DNA of 64,000 bases from Polyangiaceae bacterium (GTDB lineage Bacteria; Myxococcota_A; Polyangia; Polyangiales; Polyangiaceae): assembly GCA_044222475.1 (NCBI GenBank), contig JBGANF010000036.1:1-64000 (forward strand). The letters are read 5' to 3'. Positions within the stretch are counted from its first letter, which is position 1. Each line of letters starts with the position of its first letter. Of the stretch, positions 46,557-55,862 are shown piece by piece. The position numbers were made by a program, and so were the translations under genes. The notes under the pieces are model-generated. The model was not told where the DNA came from. It worked only from the letters and a program-made list of their open reading frames with translations, and searched no databases.

Positions 46557-46600
46557 TGAAGAATTCGCCAACACCCACCCGCCGGGAAACGTCGGATAGG

Positions 46601-46645
46601 AAAAGAGCACCATCCTTGATCGCGCTCTTTTTCGCTCGTTATACT
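46601..46645 (+). promoter_or_regulatory. candidate sigma70 promoter with inverted repeat around the -35
   Basis: TTGATC(46616-46621)-18nt-TATACT(46640-46645); aaaagagc(46601-46608)/gctctttt(46624-46631). Confidence 0.5.
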
Positions 46646-46746
46646 CGTGAAACTCTCAGGCTCGGAGGTTGCGGGGTTCGCCCCGCGACGTCGCTTTTTT
46701 GTGCCGACACGTGCGTCGGCGCAGGTTCGTGTGTCAGGAGGCCGTT

Positions 46747-48462
46747 TTGAAGATCGCGTGCCAGTCTTGCCAGGCCAAGTACACCATCGCGGACGAGAAG
46801 GTCCTCGGTAAGATCGTGAAGATCCGCTGCAAGAAGTGCGGCGCCACGATCGTCATCAACGGCAACGAGACCGAAGGCGCGACGCAAGCGTTCGATGCCG
46901 GGGCCCAACAGCAGCAGGGCGGCGGCGTCTACGACTACACCGCCGGCAGCGGTGGCGAGTCGTGGACGGTCAACGTCTCCGACGGGGACCAGCGCACGAT
47001 GACCACCGCCGAGATCGCCGAAGCGTTCCGCGGCGGCGTCGTCAACGACGAGACCTACTGCTGGAAAGACGGCATGGGCGACTGGTTGCCTCTGCGCGAC
47101 ATCCCCGAGCTCGCGACTGCGCTCCACGCAGGGCCGCAGCCTTCGATGCACGCGCACCAGAGCGAAGCGCCGCCTCCCCCCGACGATCAGCCGACGCAGG
47201 CCGGGTTCAACTCGCTGTTCGGTGGCGGCGGCGGCGGCGGGCAAGACGCGGGAGCGTCGCTCTTCGGCGGTGGAGCCGCAGCGGCTGCAGCCGCTCCGGT
47301 CGCGGCCGCTCCTTCCGCGGCGCGACGCGCGGGCGGTCGAGGGGCCGGCGGCGCCGACCTCTTCGGCAGCGCCGCGACGGCCGGCTCCGAGCAAGACGTC
47401 ATGACCGGCGGTGGTGGCGCTGCGGGTGGCGAGGCGGGCGGCTCGATGACGGGTCAGCGAAACGAGAACAGCGTTCTCTTCTCGCTCTCCGCGCTGACTG
47501 CGAACGCGCCGAAGGAAGAGGCGCCGATGCCGCAAGGCGAAGGCTCCGGTCTCATCGACATCCGCGCGCTGTCCAGCAACATGGCGCAGCAGAACAACGG
47601 ACCGGCCAAGGTCGACGACATCATGAACCTCGGCGGCGGCGGCGCCTTCAGCGCCGCGCTCGCCGCGCCGGTTCTCGCGCCTCCTCCGGCCGACGTGGCG
47701 GATCTCTCCGCTGCCCAAACGGGCGAGTCGAAGAAGGGCAACACCGGCCTCATCGTCGCGATGGTCGGCGGGCTCCTCGTCTTCGGCCTCATCATCGCCG
47801 GCGCGATCGTCTACGTCATGCGCCCGCCGCAGACGGCGACGACCACGCCGACGGCGACCAACACGGGTGGCACCACCGCGCCGACCGACACCGCGACGTC
47901 GACGGCGGGCTCGCCGACCGGGAGCGTCGCGGTCGCGGACACCGCGCCGACGTCGACGGGTGCAGCCGGGACCAAGCCGACCGCGACGGCGACGGGCGGC
48001 ACGCGACCGACCTCCACCGGAGCGACGGCTGGCACCGGCACCGCCGCCACGACCGCGACGGCGACGGCGACCTCGACCGGCGGCGGCACCGGAAAGTGCG
48101 GCTGCGCAGCGAGCGACTTCAACTGCCAGATGGCGTGCTCCGCGGGCGTCAAGCCGACCGCGACCGCGACCGCGGCTACGAACACCGCGTCGGCACCGTT
48201 CGACAAGGGCGCGGCGCTCTCGTCCCTCTCTGGGATCGCGTCGAGCCTCGGCTCGTGCAAGAAGCCCGACGGCCCCACGGGCTCCGGCAAGGTCACGGTC
48301 ACGTTCGAGCCGAGCGGCAACGTGTCCAAGGTCGAGTTCATCGAAGGACCGTTCGGCGGCACCGCCGTCGGTGGCTGCATCGCGGGCAAGTTCCGCGGCG
48401 CGCACATCCCGCCGTTCGCGGGTGGCGCGGTTCCGGCGAACAAGAGCTTCGTCGTGAACTGA
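46747..48462 (+). CDS. AgmX/GltJ-like protein (zinc ribbon + GYF_2 + TM + TonB-C-like domain)
   Basis: CQSCQAKY.I.DEK..KIRCKKC; YCWKDGMGDW; QRNENSVLFSL; GLIDIRAL; V.FEPSG.V..GT.VGGCI; RBS aggagg, TTG start. Confidence 0.85.
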   Translation: MKIACQSCQAKYTIADEKVLGKIVKIRCKKCGATIVINGNETEGATQAFDAGAQQQQGGGVYDYTAGSGGESWTVNVSDGDQRTMTTAEIAEAFRGGVVNDETYCWKDGMGDWLPLRDIPELATALHAGPQPSMHAHQSEAPPPPDDQPTQAGFNSLFGGGGGGGQDAGASLFGGGAAAAAAAPVAAAPSAARRAGGRGAGGADLFGSAATAGSEQDVMTGGGGAAGGEAGGSMTGQRNENSVLFSLSALTANAPKEEAPMPQGEGSGLIDIRALSSNMAQQNNGPAKVDDIMNLGGGGAFSAALAAPVLAPPPADVADLSAAQTGESKKGNTGLIVAMVGGLLVFGLIIAGAIVYVMRPPQTATTTPTATNTGGTTAPTDTATSTAGSPTGSVAVADTAPTSTGAAGTKPTATATGGTRPTSTGATAGTGTAATTATATATSTGGGTGKCGCAASDFNCQMACSAGVKPTATATAATNTASAPFDKGAALSSLSGIASSLGSCKKPDGPTGSGKVTVTFEPSGNVSKVEFIEGPFGGTAVGGCIAGKFRGAHIPPFAGGAVPANKSFVVN

Positions 48463-48597
48463 GTGTCGCGCATCGGCGTCGGGCTCGCGATCTTCGCCGC
48501 GTTTCTCCTCGGCGTGCGGGTGGGGTTCGCGCTCGCGCGTCTATGGGCGGCGCGCGCACGCGAGCGCGAGCTGGAACCCAAGGGCTCCAAAAAGTGA
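48463..48597 (+). CDS. small single-TM protein (44 aa, not in ORF track)
   Basis: GTG directly after the upstream stop; MSRIGVGLAIFAAFLLGVRVGFALARLWAARARERELEPKGSKK. Confidence 0.4.
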   Translation: MSRIGVGLAIFAAFLLGVRVGFALARLWAARARERELEPKGSKK

Positions 48598-48628
48598 CGG
48601 ATCGCCGATCGCGTCGTACGCTTCAGCC

Positions 48629-49831
48629 GTGCGCCGCATCCTGCTCGCCGTCGTCGCCTGCTGCCTGACCGCGACCGTCCCCGGCTCCGCCGACACGACG
48701 GCACCGGCCGCGACCTCGGCGCAGGAGCCCGCGTGGGCGTGGCTGACCCAGACCGCATCGCCGGTGCCGATGCCCGACGGGCGGCTCACGGATCGCGAGA
48801 GCGAGCTGCAGCGCACGTGCGGCGTCGGTGAGCTCGGACTGCGCCGCGTCGCCGAGCGCCTGGTCGAGCGGAAGATCAAAGAGCTACCGTACCTCGACCT
48901 CGACGGGCTCACCTTCGCCCAGCGCGTCAACGGCGAACCGCACGTGTGGCCGCGCGCGTGGATCGTCTCGGGGCGCGCGCTCGACCACGAGGCGACGGTG
49001 AAGAAGCTCGCGGCGTGGCGAACGACGTTCCACGACATCGGCGAGCGTCGCTGCGGCGTCGCCAGCGGCTACGCGCCGGACGGGACGCAAGTCGTGGCGG
49101 CGATCGCTCTCGACGCCGTCGCCGATCTCGTCACCGCGATCCCGGTGAAGACCCACCCCGGTACGTGGCTCACCGTCGACGCGAAGCTCCTCGTGCCTGC
49201 CACTGGCGCTCACGTCGTCCTCGTCGGCCCGGGTGGTGACACGCGCACCGTGCCGACCTCGTTCGACTCGGGGACGGTGCGCGCGCGCTTCGCGCCGGAT
49301 CGACCGGGTGGCTTCACCGTGCAGGTCGTGGCCGACGTCGCAACGGGCCCGCGACCCATCCTCGAAGCGCAGCTCTTCGCCGACAGCGAGCCGCCGGTGG
49401 CGATGCCGAACCAGGCGGCCCCTGGCGAGAGCGCTGCCGCGAACGCGACCGACAAACGCGACGCGCTCTTCAAGATGATCGCTGCTCTGCGCGTCGAGCA
49501 GCGACTTCCCGCGGTCGTGCGCGACGCGCGCCTCGACGCGATCGCCGTAGCCCACGCGCAACGCATGAAGGACTCTCACACCGTCGGGCACGACGTCGGC
49601 GACGGCGACCCGGCGACGCGCCTCCAGCGCGCCGGTCTCACCGCGCGCGAAGCGGGCGAGAACGTCGCCCACGCGCAGACGGTCCAGCTCGCGCACCGAG
49701 CGCTCTGGGCGAGCCCGTCGCATCGGCAGAACCTCCAGCGCACCGAGTACGATCGCGTCGGCATCGCAGTCCTCGACGACGCGGATGGGAGCGTCTGGGC
49801 GTGCGAGGTCTTTGCTCAGGACCTGCACTGA
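48629..49831 (+). CDS. CAP/SCP domain protein
   Basis: L..IA.AHA..M.....GH, GENVA, LWASPSHR.NL, VGIAV. Confidence 0.85.
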   Translation: MRRILLAVVACCLTATVPGSADTTAPAATSAQEPAWAWLTQTASPVPMPDGRLTDRESELQRTCGVGELGLRRVAERLVERKIKELPYLDLDGLTFAQRVNGEPHVWPRAWIVSGRALDHEATVKKLAAWRTTFHDIGERRCGVASGYAPDGTQVVAAIALDAVADLVTAIPVKTHPGTWLTVDAKLLVPATGAHVVLVGPGGDTRTVPTSFDSGTVRARFAPDRPGGFTVQVVADVATGPRPILEAQLFADSEPPVAMPNQAAPGESAAANATDKRDALFKMIAALRVEQRLPAVVRDARLDAIAVAHAQRMKDSHTVGHDVGDGDPATRLQRAGLTAREAGENVAHAQTVQLAHRALWASPSHRQNLQRTEYDRVGIAVLDDADGSVWACEVFAQDLH

Positions 49832-49879
49832 CTCACCCGTTGCCCGCCCGACTCTCGAGAAGAAAACGCCAGGCAGGTT

Positions 49880-50209
49880 CTAGTCTTCGCCCTCTTCGTC
49901 CTTCGGGATCGTCGTGATCTTCATCTTCCCGAGACCGATCTCGTCGGTCGTCACGCCGATGTCTTCGTCGAGCTCGGCGTCGTGCGCGCTCTCGCGCTGA
50001 TCTTCGTCGTCGATCACCTTCCCCGCGATGAGACCGGCCGCTGCCCCGATGGCGCCGCCGATCGCGACTCCAGGTGGCCCGCCGATGGCACCGACGATGG
50101 CGCCGATGACCGCGCCAGACGCCGTCGACGCCGGAACCAGGCCGTGGTGCTCCTTGGCTTTCGGGTTCTCGTCCGCCGCCGGCTTCCCCTCTTTTTTCGT
50201 CTTGTCCAT
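49880..50209 (-). CDS. small glycine-zipper protein
   Basis: GAVIGAIVGAIGGPPGVAIGGAIGAAAG; start MDKTKK. Confidence 0.7.
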   Translation of the reverse strand: MDKTKKEGKPAADENPKAKEHHGLVPASTASGAVIGAIVGAIGGPPGVAIGGAIGAAAGLIAGKVIDDEDQRESAHDAELDEDIGVTTDEIGLGKMKITTIPKDEEGED

Positions 50210-50356
50210 GCCTTCCCTAGAGCAAGCGACGGGCCAGCGGAAAGCCATGGAAACCTGGTCCCCATGGCCCCATTTCGGTGCAACCGACGCGCACCCGCGC
50301 AGCGTTTGCACGGCCCCCGACCCCTTGCCTGGAGCGTCGGCGTGGTTACCCGGAAA

Positions 50357-50373
50357 CGTCCCAACTTGGGACG
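50357..50373. promoter_or_regulatory. perfect palindrome, candidate operator
   Basis: CGTCCCAA-C-TTGGGACG just upstream of TTGACG (50386-50391), between divergent genes. Confidence 0.45.
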
Positions 50374-50433
50374 AGCGGCAAGGACTTGACGCCGGCATAT
50401 CGTGGTTAGGTTCGGCTCTGAAAGGAGACCGTC

Positions 50434-50904
50434 ATGCCCAACATCAGTGTTCAAAAAGATGCTCCGCCGCGCGTCGTTCGCGAATGGGAGGGCTCGCGCT
50501 TGATGCGCAGCCTCCTCGGCTTCGATCCGTTCCGGGAGATGGCTCCCTACGCCGTCAGTCCGTTCGAGGAGGGGGAGATGTCGCCAGCCTTCGACGTGAA
50601 AGAGACGCCGGAGGGCTTCCAGTTCCACGCCGACGTTCCGGGCGTTCAGGAGAAGGACCTCACGCTGACGGTGAACGGCAACCGCATCACCATCAGCGGA
50701 AAGCGCGAGAAGGAGGAGAAGAAGCAGACCGAGACCTACTACGCTTACGAGCGTACGCACGGCAGCTTCTCCCGCTCGTTCACGTTGCCCATCGGCGCCG
50801 ACGTTCAGGCGACCAAGGCCAACCTGAAAGACGGCGTGCTCGACGTGTTCGTCCCGAAGAAGGCCGCGGAGCAACCGAAGAAGGTCGAGATCAAGAAGAC
50901 CTGA
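50434..50904 (+). CDS. small heat shock protein, Hsp20/alpha-crystallin family
   Basis: FDVKET, ADVPGV, ERTHGSFSRSFTLP, LKDGVL.V.VPK, KVEI; RBS aaggag. Confidence 0.95.
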   Translation: MPNISVQKDAPPRVVREWEGSRLMRSLLGFDPFREMAPYAVSPFEEGEMSPAFDVKETPEGFQFHADVPGVQEKDLTLTVNGNRITISGKREKEEKKQTETYYAYERTHGSFSRSFTLPIGADVQATKANLKDGVLDVFVPKKAAEQPKKVEIKKT

Positions 50905-50910
50905 GGCGGT

Positions 50911-51618
50911 TCACAGCGTGGCGGCGACTGCCTCGAGCGTCGCCGCCACGTTTCCTTCGATCGCTTCGTGATGGCCCACGATGACCCGCTTCAGTCGCGG
51001 GATCTGGGCCAGCTTCAGGAGCTGGCTGCGATAGGCCGCTTTGTCCTTCACCATGAACCAACGCGTCAGGCGAGAGACGCGCGGACCGCCGCTCGAGCTC
51101 GTGACGTTCTTCATCACGAAGCCGCCGAAGCCTGGCGGGTGGGGCATGTTGAAGATCGCATCGGCGACGCACACCGTGACGCCGGACTCGGACTTCACGA
51201 CCATCGCACCTTCGAGCCCGCCCAAACCATCGAGGGAGATCAGCTCCACGTCGGGATCGGCGGGGAAGTCGGCGTAGGTGCCGTCGACGGCGATCACCTT
51301 CGCCACCTTCGCGCGCGCCCCCTCGGGGCAGAGCACCTTGATGCTCGGATAGCGCGCCTTGAACCTCGGCGCGTCGAGCCGATGAAACCCGTTCGGGACG
51401 AGGAGGTACGCGAGCTCCCCGTGCGACTCGAGCTCCTTCATCAGCTCGTCTTCGAGGGCGACCGCGTTGTGGATGACGAGCTTGCCGTCGCGCCGCTTCG
51501 CGACGGCCATGGTGCGCTTCAGCGGCGCGCCTCCCTCGAGGTTGCCGATCACGAACCAAAGATTCTCCTCGAGCTTCTGCAGCGGCTCGTGAGGAAGGAC
51601 CCTCCACTCGGTGCTCAT
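50911..51618 (-). CDS. metallo-beta-lactamase-fold protein (DUF4336-like)
   Basis: LVIHNAV, LVPNGFHRLD, VADAIFN, IVGH. Confidence 0.75.
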   Translation of the reverse strand: MSTEWRVLPHEPLQKLEENLWFVIGNLEGGAPLKRTMAVAKRRDGKLVIHNAVALEDELMKELESHGELAYLLVPNGFHRLDAPRFKARYPSIKVLCPEGARAKVAKVIAVDGTYADFPADPDVELISLDGLGGLEGAMVVKSESGVTVCVADAIFNMPHPPGFGGFVMKNVTSSSGGPRVSRLTRWFMVKDKAAYRSQLLKLAQIPRLKRVIVGHHEAIEGNVAATLEAVAATL

Positions 51619-51647
51619 GAGCGCAGCCTACAGGATCGTGGAAACCG

Positions 51648-53459
51648 TCAGTTCGGGATCGGCGGAATGACGACCGTGTTGATGGGCTTGACGCTCATCC
51701 CACCGGGGTACGCGTAGCTGACCGCTTGGGTGTAGAACGCGGGGTTCGTCGCCATGGTTCCCCAGCCCCACACCGTGATGCCGAACGGTGCGTCGCTCTT
51801 GATCTCGTGGCGACCGTTGTCGCAGTTGCCCTGCTTGGCGAAGTTGCCCCGCACGAGGTCGATGCGGGTGTACTCGTACTTGCCGCTGCTCCCGACCGGT
51901 TGCCAACCGGTGAGCGCGCCGGCGCAGTCGAGCTTCACGTCCTTGAACGTGTTGTCACCGGCCTTCGCGCGCACCATGACGAGATCGGTCTCCGGGTAGG
52001 TCGGGTCGGTGAAGAAGACGTAGGAGTTCTGGAACTCCTGCGCGGGCACGACGTTGACGTACTCGGCGTCGCCGATGCAGCCGTCCGGCGCGGTGTTGAT
52101 CGAGCCGACCGTGCTGCAGCCACTCATGTGCGCGGAGACGTAGAACGGGTGCTTCTCGTCCTGGCTGCGGACCGTGTAGGGGCCGGAGCCGGTGAAGTTC
52201 GCGAGCTGGCCGGCGGCGAGCGTCGTCGGTGCGCCCGGCGGAGTCGACGGTTCCCACGTGAGCGTCGTGCCGTCGACGAGGCCGAGCAGACGCCAGGGCG
52301 GCGTCTCTTCCGGGCCGCCGTTCTTGCGGTTGCGGTACCGGACGAGCGCGTACTCGCTCCCGAGCGCCTGCACCGGCGGCACCTGCTGGTGAGCCGAGTC
52401 GCAGTACGGCGTGCTCGCGGGGACGTTGAAGCAGTTCATGCTGGCCCACATGCCGATCGGCTTGGTCGATTGGATCGGGCTCCCGTCGAGGAGCTGCGTC
52501 TGCATGAAGACGAGCTGCTGGCCTTTGTTGATCGTGTACGTCTTCGGGACGTTGGCGGCCGCCGCAGCGACGCCGCTGCCGCCGGTGATCGCCTTCTTCG
52601 GGAGGATCGTGATCTGCGTGTTGTCCTCGGCGGCGACGAGGTGGACGCCGGCGGGCGCGTTCGTCACGGTGGACACGTCGAACGGGCTCACCGCGACGTA
52701 GTTCGTGTCCCACGCGGACGTGGGGAGAAGCAGCGACGCGCTCGTGATGGCGCTGGTTCCGCCGCCGTAGGGGAAGATGTCGTAGGCCGAGACCGGGCGG
52801 TCGGCCGCGATGTGGACGGCGCTGCCGATGCTCGTCGCCGTCACGGCCGACGGCGCCGACCCCGCGGCGATGGGGCACCCGCTGCCGCCGACGAACAGGA
52901 TCGCGACCTGACCCGCGGGGATCTGACCGCCGGGGAGAGGGGCGTACGTGATCGCGGCGCCGTTGCCGGACGGGATTCGACCGATGTTGGCGACGTTCAA
53001 CGGAGCGCCCGCGTAGTCACCGGTGATCGTGACCGGCGAGTTCCACGTGTTGGCGACGAAGATCGCGAAGCACGAGCCCTGGGTCGGCGCGACGCCGTAG
53101 AAGTCGCACCCGATGCTGCCCTTGTTCGCCTTCGCGCTGTCGCACGCGGCGATGCACTGTCCGTTCGAGGGATCGCAGCCCTGGGTGTCGGGGCAGGTCG
53201 AGAGGACGTTGCCGTTGCAGTCGATGACGGTGTGGAGATCGCTCGAGCACCGCGCGGGGCAGTTCACGCCACCGTCGCCGCCCGAGTCGCCGAAGTTGAA
53301 CGGCGAGTCGTCCTGACCGGGAGCGTCGAGGCCGCCATCGTCGTTCCCGAAGCCGGAGGGCGTGCTTCCGCCGCAGCCGTGGAGACCGAGGACCAGGAAC
53401 CCGACGCCGGCCGTGCCGAACGCGAGGGAGAGACGGGAGAAGAGGCGGCTGCGCGACAT
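51648..53459 (-). CDS. IgGFc-binding-protein N-terminal-domain lipoprotein
   Basis: LHGC lipobox, GCDFY, SASLLLPTSAWDTNY, QVPPVQALGSEY, PFGITVWGW..SYAYPGGM. Confidence 0.8.
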   Translation of the reverse strand: MSRSRLFSRLSLAFGTAGVGFLVLGLHGCGGSTPSGFGNDDGGLDAPGQDDSPFNFGDSGGDGGVNCPARCSSDLHTVIDCNGNVLSTCPDTQGCDPSNGQCIAACDSAKANKGSIGCDFYGVAPTQGSCFAIFVANTWNSPVTITGDYAGAPLNVANIGRIPSGNGAAITYAPLPGGQIPAGQVAILFVGGSGCPIAAGSAPSAVTATSIGSAVHIAADRPVSAYDIFPYGGGTSAITSASLLLPTSAWDTNYVAVSPFDVSTVTNAPAGVHLVAAEDNTQITILPKKAITGGSGVAAAAANVPKTYTINKGQQLVFMQTQLLDGSPIQSTKPIGMWASMNCFNVPASTPYCDSAHQQVPPVQALGSEYALVRYRNRKNGGPEETPPWRLLGLVDGTTLTWEPSTPPGAPTTLAAGQLANFTGSGPYTVRSQDEKHPFYVSAHMSGCSTVGSINTAPDGCIGDAEYVNVVPAQEFQNSYVFFTDPTYPETDLVMVRAKAGDNTFKDVKLDCAGALTGWQPVGSSGKYEYTRIDLVRGNFAKQGNCDNGRHEIKSDAPFGITVWGWGTMATNPAFYTQAVSYAYPGGMSVKPINTVVIPPIPN

Positions 53460-53598
53460 GGGACCTCGGAAGGAAGGGGGTAGAGCGCGAATTTTACCGC
53501 ACGCCCGGAGGAAAGGCCCGCGAAAGCGAGCGCCAGGCGGTCGGAAGAGACTTCGTCCAAAAGTTTTCGCGGCGGGTCAGGCTTGTTAGCCTGCGGGG

Positions 53599-54513
53599 AT
53601 GCCGCTTCGGCGCGTGCGCATCATCGACGAGGGGATCCGGGCCGAGTTCATCGCGCGTCAGGAGGAGCACGCCTCGCGGGTGGCACTCCACGACGCCTTC
53701 CAGTTCGACGCGGCCAACGGCACGGCGCGCTGGAGCAAGGGCGACTACGCGCTCTGGGAAGGCTCGGCCGAGCTCATCGCCCGGTTCCACCCCGAGTTCG
53801 GCCTGTTTCGGTGGTGGTGGGCGACGGACGGCGACATGCCCAGCGCGACGAAGCGCATGGACGAGGCGTTCGCCGAGGCGCAGCGCAGCGACCTCAAGGC
53901 GCTCTCGACGCGGCAGCTGAACATCAACGACGAGCTCGAGGCGGAGATGCTGGCGCGCGTCGCCGCGCACTACGCCCACGCCCGCGCGATGATCCGCCGC
54001 GGCGAGGGAGAGCACATCGCCTATTACGCGCTCTTCGACACGAAGCCGACGCGGCAGGTCGTCCGCTTCGCCGACGACCCCGTTCGAACGATGCCGCCCG
54101 CGGCGACGTACGAGAGCCGGTCGATCCCGCCGCCCGCGGCGGAGCCCAAGTCGCAGCCACCGCCCGCGATGCGCACGTTGCGCGAGCCCAATCGCGAAGC
54201 GATCCTCCCGCTCGCGAACGTCGCCGGAAAAGCGCTGCGCCGTGCGTGTCCGCTCGGATACAAACAGGCGATCCTCGTGGTGAGCATCGACGTCACGCGC
54301 GAGAAGGCGCGCTTCTTCGTGCAGCTCGTCGTCCTCGACGCCGCCGGCGATCTCGACGCGCTCGACACGACGCGCGAGCTGCTCGACGCGGTGGGAGCGT
54401 TCATCGGCGAGGACCTCCGGTCGGGGAACGCGCGTTGGCGCAAGTTCACGGTGCGCTTGGTCCCCGAAGGGGACGCCGGCATCGGCATTCGGTCGCCCGA
54501 AGTCTTCGCCTGA
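53599..54513 (+). CDS. hypothetical two-domain protein
   Basis: Coding-like; FRWWWA in the N-domain, Pro linker; ends 2 nt before cydA. Confidence 0.7.
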   Translation: MPLRRVRIIDEGIRAEFIARQEEHASRVALHDAFQFDAANGTARWSKGDYALWEGSAELIARFHPEFGLFRWWWATDGDMPSATKRMDEAFAEAQRSDLKALSTRQLNINDELEAEMLARVAAHYAHARAMIRRGEGEHIAYYALFDTKPTRQVVRFADDPVRTMPPAATYESRSIPPPAAEPKSQPPPAMRTLREPNREAILPLANVAGKALRRACPLGYKQAILVVSIDVTREKARFFVQLVVLDAAGDLDALDTTRELLDAVGAFIGEDLRSGNARWRKFTVRLVPEGDAGIGIRSPEVFA

Positions 54514-54515
54514 TC

Positions 54516-55862
54516 ATGGCCGACGCGGTTCTCTGGCATCGACTCCAGTTCGCGTTCACCGCCGTCTACCACTATCTGTTCCCTCAGCTCACGCTCGGGC
54601 TGGCGCTCGTGATCGTCGTGCTCAAGGTGATCGCCTTGCGCGAGAACGACGCGACGTACGCAGCGGCAGCGCGCTTCTGGGTCCGCATCTTCGGCCTCAA
54701 TTTTGCGGTCGGCGTGGTCACCGGGATCCCGCTCGAGTTCCAGTTCGGGACCAACTGGGCCGGACTCACGACGTACGCGGGCGGCGTGATCGGTCACACG
54801 CTCGCGATGGAAGGCATGTTCGCGTTCTTCCTGGAGAGTACCTTTTTGGGACTACTCGTCTGGGGTGAGAAGCGACTGTCACCCCGCGCGCACCTGGCCG
54901 CGGCGATCGCGTTGCTCGTGGGGAGCTGGCTGTCCGGCTACTTCATCGTGACGACGAACGCGTTCCTCCAACACCCGGTCGGATACGCCGTCACCGAGAA
55001 GGGCACGCTCGTCCTCTCGTCGACCGTGGCGCTCCTGACGAACCCGTGGGCGCTCGTCGAATACGCCCACACGTTGCTCGCCGGCGTCGTGACCGGCTCG
55101 TTCGCGGTGTGCGCGGTCGCGAGCTATTGGGTGCTCTCGGGGAAGCACCTCCCGGTCGCGAGGGCGACGCTCCGGGTCGGAGCGATCCTCGGGCTCCTCG
55201 CGACCGTCGGCGTCGCGTTCCCGACCGGAGATCTCCAGGCGAAGCTCGTCGCGAAGCATCAGCCGGCGACGCTCGCCGCGATGGAGGGGCGCTTCGCGAG
55301 CGGCAGCGCGGCGGAGATCACGCTCATCGGTCAACCCAACGTGCGCACCCGCTCGCTCGACAACCCGATCCGCGTGCCGGGGATGCTGAGCTTCGTCGCC
55401 TACGGCCACTTCGGCGCGGACGTCCGCGGCCTCGACGAGTTTCCCGAGGACACCTGGCCGACCAACATCGAGCTCCTCTACTACGCGTTTCACGTGATGG
55501 TCGGGCTCGGGACGATCATGATCGGGCTCATGGCGCTCGTGAACCTCCAGCGCTTCCGAAAGAAGCTCGAGACGTCGAGGCCCATCCTCTGGGCGATGAT
55601 GCTCGCGTTTCCCCTGCCCTACATCGCCAACACCGCGGGCTGGCTCACGACGGAGCTCGGGCGCCAGCCGTGGCTCGTCTACGGGCTCTTCCGCACGACG
55701 GCCGGCGTGAGCCCGACGGTGCACTCGGGTGACGCGCTCTTCACTCTGATCGGGTTCGCCGGGATGTACCTGCTGCTCGGCCTCGTGTTCGTGATGCTCG
55801 TGATCCGAGAGATCGCGCACGGCCCCGACGAGCCGGCGACGAAGGAGGCGAAACATGCCTGA
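54516..55862 (+). CDS. cydA: cytochrome bd ubiquinol oxidase subunit I
   Basis: RLQFAFT..YHYLFP, GVVTGIPLEFQFGTNW, AFFLES, QPATLAAMEG, FHVMVGLG, TELGRQPW. Confidence 0.95.
   Translation: MADAVLWHRLQFAFTAVYHYLFPQLTLGLALVIVVLKVIALRENDATYAAAARFWVRIFGLNFAVGVVTGIPLEFQFGTNWAGLTTYAGGVIGHTLAMEGMFAFFLESTFLGLLVWGEKRLSPRAHLAAAIALLVGSWLSGYFIVTTNAFLQHPVGYAVTEKGTLVLSSTVALLTNPWALVEYAHTLLAGVVTGSFAVCAVASYWVLSGKHLPVARATLRVGAILGLLATVGVAFPTGDLQAKLVAKHQPATLAAMEGRFASGSAAEITLIGQPNVRTRSLDNPIRVPGMLSFVAYGHFGADVRGLDEFPEDTWPTNIELLYYAFHVMVGLGTIMIGLMALVNLQRFRKKLETSRPILWAMMLAFPLPYIANTAGWLTTELGRQPWLVYGLFRTTAGVSPTVHSGDALFTLIGFAGMYLLLGLVFVMLVIREIAHGPDEPATKEAKHA

Noticed and set aside
50386..50412. sigma32 or sigma70 promoter call for hsp20
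   Set aside because: TTGACG to TAGGTT spacing is only 15 nt and there is no CCCCAT -10; not supportable.
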